Shown here piece by piece: positions 13,800-24,017 of a DNA stretch of 64,000 nucleotides. Source of the stretch: Lama glama (taxonomy: Eukaryota); contig CM052818.1 in the NCBI GenBank assembly GCA_028534125.1, forward strand, positions 3,350,001 to 3,414,000, written 5' to 3'. The stretch's first letter is position 1. Each line of letters begins with the position of its first letter. Under the pieces are notes generated by a model. The model made no database searches. It was not told the DNA's origin and worked only from the letters and a program-made list of their open reading frames with translations. A program made the position numbers and the translations under genes.

Positions 13800-15480
13800 C
13801 AGGCGAAGGTGCGGGGCAAACACCGGGAGCCTGAGCCGGGGAAGGGAGGATGGGGGGGCAGGGGAGGCGCTGCTCCTCCGGCTGGGAGACCCGGCCCCAG
13901 GCTCTGGGGGCCGGCCGGGACGAGCCCCGGTGAGGTAATCCAAGGGCCTGGCTGAGAGGGCCCCGGCAACCCACTTGCGACGGGGTGGGGAGGAAGCGGC
14001 GCTCAGGACCCCGGGGGCAGCGTCCCTTTTCCACCCCCATTCATTGCCTTCGGGGCAGCAGCGGCCTCCCTTCGGACCGCGCGTGGGGAGAGCTGGAGGG
14101 GTTGGGAGCGCCCGCGGTCGCGCTCTCCGCTCCTCCAACCACCCTTGGAGCCCCTGGGCCTCTCAGAGCTCCCGGACCCCACTCGGGGCCGGACCTCTCC
14201 CGTCCCCGTGCACCTCTCTCCCGCCGCTCCAGGTAGTCGGCCGCCTCCAGAAGCATCTGGATGTTCATCCGAACCGCCGCCGCCATTCTGCACCGGGGGC
14301 CGGAGCCTCGGGACCAACCCCCACTGCCCACGGGCTCGCCGCCGCCGGACACCCGCGCCCCGCTGTGGACCCCACAGAGCAGGGTTGAGAGAGCTTCTCT
14401 GGCGACGACTCTCGCGGGAATGGGGAGGGGACCGGTGAGCTGGGCACCGCCGACACCGTGACAGAACCCGGAGAAGAGCAGCAGCCGCCACCGTCGCGGA
14501 GTGTTTATCCCCGACTCACCGTCCCCCCGCCCCCAGCCCCTTCTCTTGACAGGCCCGCTTCGGCTGCTTTCCTCATTGGGTACTCCAAGGAATGCCCCGC
14601 CCCTGGCCCTGTCCGATTGGGGAAGGGCACCATGGCCCCGCCCCTCAGGGTCCGCTCCTCTCTCTGGTTGATCACGCTTGACAAGGCCTGGGCTCCACCC
14701 CTACTTTCCAATTGGTGACAGAATTCGCAACTCCGCCTCGTGCTCCTTGCCTGTTTTCCATTGGTTCTATACCGACAACCGGGCCCCCTTTGCTTTGTTA
14801 GTATTGGCCAAGAGCTACAGAAAGCAAGCCACTTTGCCTGTCTCCCATTGGTGGAGCCTTCCGACACCGCCCAGCTACGATGACGTCACCGTTCCCCAGG
14901 CCCAGCGAGCCCTGAGTGGTTGGGTGGTCAGCGGCCCGGCTACTTCTCCCGGGACGTGACATTGGCTGGGAGGGCTGACCCCGGCGCCGGGCGGTGCTGA
15001 TTCACCGGCCGCCGCCGAGCTCGGCTCCACCCAACCCCGCCTCGGACCTGTTGCCGGGACCTGTCTCTGGGGAAAAGTTCCGGGACCTGCTGGGCGTCCC
15101 TCGAGTGGAAGCTGACTGGTACCACGCCTCACCTGGGTGCTCTGCCCCGCTCGGTCTCGGGGCCGGATGGCTGGGTCTGCGGGCCGTTGCCCGGAGGTTC
15201 CAGGCTTCCCGGGACCCGGGCAGCCGAGGGTCCCGCTGCGAATCCCCCTGGAGGGAAAGCGGCCGGCAGCCCGAAGAGTGAGCCTTGGGCCCGGGACGAC
15301 GTAGGGCGGGCGCCACGTGGCTGTAGGGCTTGAGGGGAAAAGCCTGTCTCGTGTTAATGCTCGCCGCCCAGCGTTTTTTTCCTCAGAAAGCTCTGGAATC
15401 GGGCGGCGGTATTCAGCGCTGATCTCTCCAAAGGCACTACCCCCGCCGCAAGTGCTGGCTAATTACTCCCTCACGCGAGT
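13800..15480. promoter_or_regulatory. MXD1: CpG island over the MXD1 promoter and exon 1
   Basis: Very GC- and CpG-rich. GC boxes CCCCGCCCC at 14595 and 14636, seven ATTGG boxes, CRE TGACGTCA at 14881-14888, E-box CACGTG at 15314-15319. Confidence 0.92.
14214..14286 (-). CDS. MXD1: MXD1 (Mad1, MAX dimerization protein 1) exon 1 coding part; SIN3-interaction domain
   Basis: ATG at 14286 gives MAAAVRMNIQMLLEAADYLERRER. Donor GAG|GTGCAC. Confidence 0.98.
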
Positions 15481-15879
15481 GGGTTTTAAAAGCTCAGAAA
15501 CTTCCTGTACCTGCAGATTGACATTGAATTCTAAGATTCTTTGACATAAATCTCTTCCAGGGTCTTTCTTTCCCTTTTAATTCTACAGGAAAACATTCAG
15601 AAGAATAGTTTCTTTTCAAGACGGCTGTGAATTGTGTTTGTGTGTGGGGTGGTACCAGTATAAATGCACATAGAACTAAAATTTTTACTTAAGAATTGTT
15701 CCCTAAGCCTATCACTTTTTCTGAGATGAAAGCTATCTCAAGACCCAAGTTACGCTGTTAATACACTGACATCTCCATTTTAAAAGGCAGAAATAAAACT
15801 GGGTAAATTGAGAGTCTTGAATATAGAAATAAGTAAAGCATGAACATATTTAACAAAGCTTTTTAAAAATGTTTATTGT

Positions 15880-16080
15880 TGCCAAGACATGAAAACAATA
15901 GCTTACTATATGTCAGCTAATTTACTTAAATTTTTGCTATCCTCAATATAAACCCATTAAATAGGTTAATTATCTACATTTTGCACATGAGGAAACTGGC
16001 CCAGGGAAGCTAAATGACTTTCCTAGTCATCTATTCAGCAAGAAATGGAAACTGAACCTCAATGTTTCACCCAGAGCCCG
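15880..16080 (-). mobile_element. MIR SINE remnant
   Basis: Reverse MIR core cattttgcacatgaggaaactggcccagggaagctaaatgactttcc. Confidence 0.65.
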
Positions 16081-18309
16081 TCCTATCAATGCTCCCCTCC
16101 CATTCATAGTTATTATAAAAGCAAGACAACTAAGAAATGGATTTCCATGAGTCACAAACACTGACACTCAAACACTGGGGAAAAAGAAAAATGTAATTAT
16201 GATGAGATGTTTTTAAATGTCCTTTTTAATGGCTGACAAATCCAATAAAATGAAATAAACTTAACGTAAGTAATAAGTAGACTAAATGTAGTAAACCATG
16301 CCTAACATATAGGACACATATTTCCTGCTTCTAATGGTTAATTGGATCTAAAAGCTGATTCTTTACAAAAACTAATAAATACACTAAAGTCAAAGGTTTT
16401 CCAGAAAATACAAAAAGCTGGACATGAGAATGGGGTTATAACAGTTTTAGAGAGTATTTTTTAATTGCAAGTTATTTGTAAAACAAATTTGAAAATCATA
16501 ATGAAAAGAAAACAAGATAATTCTAAAGTACCAAAACTCAGTAAAAACACTTTGATTTCATTATCTTAATTTTGGATTTTGTATGCTTATGTATTTTCTC
16601 TTTGATCTCACTATGAACATTTAGTATCTCTTTATTCTTTCTCTCTTACCCCCACCCCTTTTAAAAAAAACCCCAGTCTTGTTTCAAAATCATGATCCTT
16701 CTAGAATCACCTTGACTGATAATCACCCTTATAAAAAAATAAAGGGAAAAAGGTTGAAATCTGAGTCAGAAATAGCAAAGGAACCATTTAAACAGCAGCA
16801 GGTCTATCGTAAGCTTGAAACAAAAATATAAAGTTATATAATAATCAGAGACTTAGACCAAAGAATGGAACCCTTTCTGTCCCCTGACAGTGGGGGAAGA
16901 AATGATTAAGTCAGCAACACCGACTAAAGAATTGTATCATGAACTCCAAAGGGTATTTGGTGCCATCTGCTGGAAATCAAGCGGTAAGTATAAAACAAAG
17001 AGTTTTTCTTGTTTCTCTAGAAATTATTTTACACAAATATATTGCAATGATCAGTTAAATAAGATAATCTAAAAGTGTAAGTTTTGAAGAAAAAACTGAA
17101 ATCCTAAAAGTATAAGTGGTGACCCCAGCACCTAGCACTTCAAAGGCATTACATAAGCACTGATTGACTGATAGGCACAACCCCAAAAGAACTGGAAATA
17201 CCAGAGTGTTTGAACCTGAATTTTATAACCAGAATTTTAAATACAAAGCTGTGTGTTATAGCATAAACATAGGCTGGATAGTGGTTTATATCTGAGCAGG
17301 CATCAAGCTCAACTAATAAAACTGGGAAGTAAAAAAACCACAAAAAGATTATACTTGTCAGATAAACTTTAATGCATCTTTTAAAAAGCCCCCATTTCCT
17401 TCCATTGAGGGGCTTCTACTCTCAGGTGGGCACAGGATAGTACGTATACGCCAGTGCTGAACAGCAGGTTCATTAAATGCAATGGGAGTTCTGACAGAGA
17501 GACGCCTTTCAGTGAGGACCTCAGAGGGGCAGGGAAGACAACTGTTGGCATTATAATCCTTAAAATGTCTAAAAAGTTCCAAAACTGGAATTAAAAAAAT
17601 CCTATTGATAACTGAGTTTGACACTATGAGTTTGACACAGTTAACCACTATGATACTGAAATGAATTTTGTTTTATAAGTTTTTGAGGAATTGATTTTCT
17701 TTAAAGAGTAAAGATCAGGACTGTAATTCTCTGCTTCAATAACATCAAATCCTCTTCTTTGTGGCTACTGTGGACACTCCAATAATCATGATATCCACTA
17801 TCATGAAATTGAGTTTTAAAAACCTTTAAAACAAACACTGCTTTGCAAAAATTAGTTACTCCACAAATACTTGTGATTTAAAAAAAACAGAGCAATGGCT
17901 AAACTGGGGTATACACATTATACAGAACGCTAGGCAGCAGTCGAAAAAAAAGGTGGAGGTACGTAACTGGCATAAGAAGACCTCCAAGGCAGCGCTGAGT
18001 ACATAATTAAGTCGTAAGATGATCCCTACAGTGTATTATTTGTGTTTAAAAAAAAAAAGTCCCAGCTGTGTATTTTCCTTATTTCCAACGCTAACTCTGC
18101 TACATACATACATGTACAAAGGTCTGGAAGGAGACACTGCAAAGGATTCACAGTGAAGAGGGAGCAATAGGACTAGGACTGTTCAAAAGGAATTTAGCTG
18201 TCATTATGTTTTCAAATTTTTACAAGAAAATCTGTTCATTTATTAATTGGGTAACTAAAGGTTAACATAAAAACCAAGGGAAGTGGTTAAGTGAAAAAAG
18301 GTCACTGAA

Positions 18310-20150
18310 CTATATTCATGAATTCAACAGATATTTATTGAGTGCTTTACTCTGTGCCAGGCACTGGGGCTACAGTAGCAAACAAGACAGAAGCCCTACT
18401 TCTGAAAACTCAGTCTAGTGGAAGAACCAGACGGTAATAAAAGAATACAGAGTGTGTCAGGCAGTGATAAGCTATAAGGAAAAGGAAATTGCAGAGCATG
18501 TGGAGAAACTGGAACCCTCATACATTGCTGATGAGAATGTAAAATTGTGCAGCTGCTTTGGAAAACAGTTTGACAGTGCCTCAAAAAGTTAAACAGAGTT
18601 ACTGTATGACCCAGTAATGTCACTCCTAGTTATATACCCAAGACACATATGCTCATACAAAGACTTGTATCTGAATGTTCATAGCAGCATTATTCATAAT
18701 AGCCAAAAAGTGGAACTACCCAAATGCCCATCAATAGATGAATTATAATTAAAAATGTGGTATGTCCACAGAACAGAGTATTATTCAGCCATAAAAAGGG
18801 ATGAAGCACTGATATACGCTGCAATGTGAATGAGCCTTGGAAACACTATACTAAGCAAAAGAAGCCAGACACAAAACGCCACATATTGTGTGATTCCATT
18901 CATATGAAATGTCCACTTATATGAAAATGTTCAAAATAGGTACATCTTTAGAGAAAGAAAGTCCATTTAGTGGTTTCTGGGGTGGAAGATAGAGGTGGAT
19001 GAGGGAAGAGGAGTGACTGTTAATAGAGCATGGGGTTTCATTTTGGGATGATGAAAATGTTTTAGAATTAATAGTGGTGATAAATGCATACATCTGTAAA
19101 TATACTAAACCACTGAAATTATGATAGATTTTAAAAGGGTGAGTTTTAAAAACAAAGAGTGAAACAGGGTAAAGGGATAGAAGAGGAAAGGGGGGGCTGC
19201 TATTTTGGATAAGGTGGTCAGGAATGACCCTATTTTGAGCAATGATCTGAACAACACAAAGCAGCTACCCATGCAAATCTGGAAGTTGGGGAAAGGGGCT
19301 GGGAGGGAGGAGGAACATTCCAGGAGGAAGAGCAAGTAGGAAGACTCTTGAGGAAGATGCGTACCTGTTCTCAAGGAACAGCAAGGAGGCGTGGCTGAGT
19401 GCACCAGAAAGGGGGCGAGGCTGCAGGAAGCCAGGGTCCAAACTGTACAGACTTGTAGGCCACAGTAAGGACTGGACTTTACTCTCGAAGACACAAAACC
19501 ACCAGAGCCAGGAGCAATGTGATCGGACATACATTTTAAAAGGTTCACTCTGCTGCCAGGTGGAGAGTAAACTATGGCAGCAAGAGAAGGAAGGAGACAT
19601 TACTTGGGGGGGCCGCTGTCGGGGCAAGAGAGATGGCTTCTGTTATGATAGGTGGTGAAAAGTAGTCAGATTCAACGTATATCAAATCACCACAATGTAC
19701 AATTTAACTATCTTAAAATTTTATATGCCAACTATATGGCAATAAGTCTGGGGAAGAAAAGTGGTTGGATTCAAAATACACTCTAAAGTTAGAGCCAAAA
19801 GGATTTCTAATGAATTAAATGTAGGGCACAGGAGAAAGAAAGGAGTCAAAATGACCCTAAGGATTTTGGTCTGAGCAGAGGAGTGGATGCAGGGGCCACT
19901 TACTGAGATGGGGAAGCCTCAGAGAAGGCTGGGCAGGGAAAAGAGAGTTCAATTAATTTTAAATTTGGGGTGCCTAATAATCCAGGTGCATATAGAAGCC
20001 TGGAATTCAACTTAAAATAGTTAGGCTAGAAGTACAGTTTTGAGCCCATGGCAGATGTTTGAAGCTATGTGAGTAGATGACTCACCGGAGAGAGACTAGA
20101 CAGTCCAGGCATTGCGTCCCGGAGCACTCTGACATTCAGACACTCAGAAG
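18310..20150 (-). mobile_element. L2 element split by an L1MB-type insertion
   Basis: Reverse L2 3' end attcaacagatatttattgagtgctttactctgtgccaggcactg. L2-like sequence resumes at ~19160. Confidence 0.75.
18490..19155 (+). mobile_element. L1 (L1MB-like) 3' portion
   Basis: ggagaaactggaaccctcatacattgctg...ttcatagcagcattattcataatagccaaaaagtgg...gatgaaaatgttttagaatt. Confidence 0.85.
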
Positions 20151-20999
20151 ATGTGGCACAATTTACGTCTTCTGAGGGGCAGCAGCCTGTCAGAGGAAGA
20201 CAGGATAGGATGCTCCATCTTTGTTGTTCTTACAGAACCAAATGACCTGATGGATACAAGTTCCTTCAAACCAAGACTTCTCTTAAGATCAGAGAGGTCT
20301 TATCTCTGGATTTTTAAAGATTTCCTCCTCTTCCATTTCTCTGGTGTTAGCTCATGGAGAGTGAACCTACTGATCTACGTGGTAGTCTCAGATTATTTCT
20401 TTACAAAGCATGCTGTTTTCAGGATCTCAGGTCAAATCTCTAGTGGCACCACACTAAATTGGCAATCCAAAAACCTATCATTTGACTTTGGGCTTATTAT
20501 TTTATCCCAGAAGTTTTAGCTTTCCAGTAAGACAACAACTGGGCCTGCTTTTCCTTAGATGTGCAGATGATCAGAAACAGTCCTTGTCATGGGTAATTTA
20601 CAGATTCACAGTTTTTTGAAGAGTAGGGGTAAGGGAACTGGCAAATAGTCTAAGCAAAATAATCCAATTTCTTGGGGGCAGTGACGCTGTGCAATGGGTA
20701 CCACAGCTGTGCAGCTGATACAGCACACTGAGATACTGAGGTACTGAAGGCAGCAGGCAGTGTAAACACCCACAATTCCTGCCTCTATGGTCTGAATAGC
20801 CTCAGCTTTGTCATCTGGGAGTGGAAATAACAGTACCTGCTCTATTGTATAAGGATTAAATGAGCCAAGGTGCTCTGTACTACAGTGCAGTCGTACTATT
20901 ATTACTTTCTTTATAGGGAACTAATTTGCCAGGAAAGCTCATAAAGAACTACAATAGATGGTCAAATTTCAGATGCAGTAAGGATGGAAAACTCCAGCT

Positions 21000-22300
21000 A
21001 AAGACACTTCTAAAGTCACATACTTGTAAGAATAGTGATTACACAGTTTTTTTAAATAGCAAAAGATTAGAAAAAATTTCAGTGCCCATCAACTGGGGAT
21101 AAATTAAAATAAATCCATCCTACAACGAACCATAATTGCTGTCCTTTAAAAAAAAAAAGAGGTTAAAAAAAAAAGAGGTAATATTACATACGCCAATAAG
21201 GAACAATCTTAAGATGCAGTAATAAGTGAAAAAACACTAGGTGCAAAACAGGGTGTAGAGTTTGCTTACATTTGAATAATATGTGTATTACTGCTTCTGT
21301 ATATATGGAATATTTCTGAAAGGATACACAATTAGCTCATTACTATATACCCTCTGTGCTGTTTAAATTGTGTCCTACATATTTATATTAATAACAAAAC
21401 CCACAAAATTTAAAATCTAAAAAAAAAAAATCAAAATTAAAACCAAAACAAAACAAAACTAACCACAAAGCCTCAAATATCAGTGAGATATGAAACAGAA
21501 TGGGTAATGGTCATTATCTTCAATATAAAAAGAGCTTCCTTCAAAAAAAAGAAAAAAAGCTTGCTAAAAGATAAATGGAGCCAAGATTTGAAATTAGTAT
21601 TTCACAAAAGAAATACACACGGCTAACACATTCTTAAAATGTTCATCTCCCTTAGAACCAAACAGAATCAAATACCATTGTTTTACCCATCAGACTGGGA
21701 ACTTAAAAAAAAAAAGATTTACGCTCAGTATTGATACATGTGTATGAAATGGGAATGCGCACACTTTCCAGCCGCCTACGTGTGTCATAAGCCTTACTAT
21801 GTGCACACAAGGGGTGGAACACACACCCTTTATCCCACACAGCAATGCCACAGCCGCCCAACTGGACTGAGGAAATAAGGCAACAAGTACAAAGAGATAC
21901 ATGCAACAGAGATACCACTCAGTTTTGTTTCTTCCTTTACCCCTAAATAATACACTCATAGTTTTAATTATAACAGCAAGTCATGGGAGGGAAGCCAACA
22001 TTTGCCAATAAAGGATTAATTAATAAATTATGGTATAACCAAGTAGCTACTAAAAGCTGTCTCCAAAGAATTTATAAGAGCATTTAAAAAATGTTCACAG
22101 TACATGGGAGAATAAGGATTAACAAAAGAGAGCAGCATAAACATTCTGATCTCTGTGGGCAGGGGCAAGAAATACATGCTGAGAGGAGCCTAGAAACACA
22201 GACACCAAAATACTAACTTCTGGGGGAAGATTACAGTGATTTTTGGCTTTTTTTTTTAAATTTTCTGGTTTCCCTCAGTTTTTAATAAGCATGTATTGCT
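21000..22300 (+). mobile_element. Ancient L1ME-like fragments
   Basis: Degenerate L1 3' motifs (tcacaaaagaaatacac, aatcaaataccattgttttaccc). Confidence 0.5.
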
Positions 22301-22452
22301 TTTCAATTGGGGAGAAAACAGTAAATGGTATTTGGGGGCAAAAAACACAGAAGATACAAAAATCTAGTTATACTTTTCATTCTAATTTTTAAACTATGAA
22401 GAATTATGATACTAAATTTATATATGAAAAAAGAAAATGTGTAGGGTGATTC

Positions 22453-22506
22453 TTTAATCTAATAATAAAAATATCAAATATAAAAGGGTAGAAATACTGC
22501 TTTATT
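22453..22506 (-). terminator. SNRNP27: Candidate SNRNP27 polyadenylation signals (AATAAA 22501-22506, ATTAAA 22453-22458)
   Basis: Hexamers ~340-390 nt after the stop codon. The site actually used cannot be determined from sequence. Confidence 0.45.
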
Positions 22507-22841
22507 TGAGAAACTGACTTCCAAATTACTTTTATGTGTTTTAAAAAGTCCTAAAGAGCATCCAAGAAGAACACATATGCAGCTTCCATAGGAATAAGAA
22601 CAAAGGAATGGGGTTGATGACTGCCCCAAGTGGTATTTCCTACAGGAAAAAAAGTAACATTTAACCTTCTTTTTTTGAGGCAGGGTAACTGAAGTACACA
22701 CATCATAAATAAAATTTTCTTACTTTACAAGGAGGAAGGACTGTGATCCCATTTTTTGATGCATATTAAATACAAAATACAAAATCCACTGTCCTAATCA
22801 AGATGAGGGGGAAAAAAAATCATTCTTCAACATTTCAATTC

Positions 22842-22896
22842 TCATGCAATGAAATCCAAAGGTCTGTTGAATCCACCTTTTCGATTCATGTACTGC
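22842..22896 (-). CDS. SNRNP27: SNRNP27 exon 6 coding part (RQYMNRKGGFNRPLDFIA*)
   Basis: CGTAG acceptor, TGA at 22842-22844. Exons sum to 468 nt (155 aa + stop). Confidence 0.98.
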
Positions 22897-23952
22897 CTAC
22901 GATGAGAAAAGAAAATTTATTGTTTATTAAAAAAAATTCTGGACTCTTCTTATAAAAGAAATAATCACATGCTTTAGAAATTTAACCTATAAATCATCTT
23001 TAAAATGGCAAAGTCTAGGGCAAGAAGTATTCAAGGTTAAAATCCAAATAGAAGTATGGAAATATACTTTCAAAATTATTTGGGAAGATTCTATAGACTT
23101 TAAAAAAAAGTCAGCTGAAAATCTGTATTAACTTTAGGTAATACTTAATACATAGTTTAAGGAAATGGAGAAGAGTTTCAAAATAGGTACCCATCCATCA
23201 AGCAAATCTGATTTCATACTGTACTAGTTCTCCCCATAAGACTTTATTTGAAGGTAATTTTATGAAGAACTGTTGATAATTCTGGTTCTTTAACTCACAG
23301 CAGTCTCAAATCACAATCTTCATATTCTAAATTAATTGGAGTATCAGTCTTTTATCAGTGATAAAGGTAGAGAGGAAAGCAATGTTTGAAGATGTCTTGA
23401 CTTTTCCATTCATTCAGTGAGATTTCAAGCATGGACTGGTTTGTTCTGTGGTATTAACACACTGACTGTCTACTGCGGACGGGGTGCCCCTGGGGAAATA
23501 ACAACTGTCACTTGGTTTAGGGTGATGTGGCGATCAACATGTTAATATGCCTATACTTACCAGAAGGAGACTTACTGCTGAATTACTTATACAATCAAAC
23601 TAGGTAAAGAATTCAGGAGGGATCTATTTTAGAAACAATTAAGTGAAATTAAAGCTTAAAGACTTGAGATTATGCTATTTTGAAGAAAGAACCACCTACA
23701 GCCCTAAAACATTTAAGCCAACTACCTTTTCTCTGTAATTGTTACTAGCTCACATATGAATTTGAAATTATTTTAACATGCCAGACTATAAGCAAGGAAG
23801 ATTAAAATAAAGAACACTACGTAAAATATTAAAGTAAGGGACTGTACAGAAAACTGCTACATTTCCTACAAACATGATTATCCCACAACAAATTCTTTCC
23901 CAAGCACATAATTTATATTAGTTCAAACATCATAATGGCAGCTATTGCATAC

Positions 23953-24017
23953 CTATACTTCCTCTTCTGAGACACGTTTATGGCATAGGCGTTTACAGAG
24001 CCATCCACCTTTTTTCC
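23953..24017 (-). CDS. SNRNP27: SNRNP27 exon 5 (65 nt; [22 protein letters not shown])
   Basis: CTCCAG acceptor, TAG|GTATGC donor. Confidence 0.97.

Noticed and set aside
14287..14352. In-frame GTG that could extend MXD1 by 22 aa
   Set aside because: Poor context (C at -3, T at +4) and no other support.
13710..15544. Many overlapping 60-160 aa ORFs over the MXD1 CpG island
   Set aside because: GC-rich, stop-poor sequence giving low-complexity P/G/R/A translations, many starting at GTG or TTG. Only 14214-14286 is recognisably coding.
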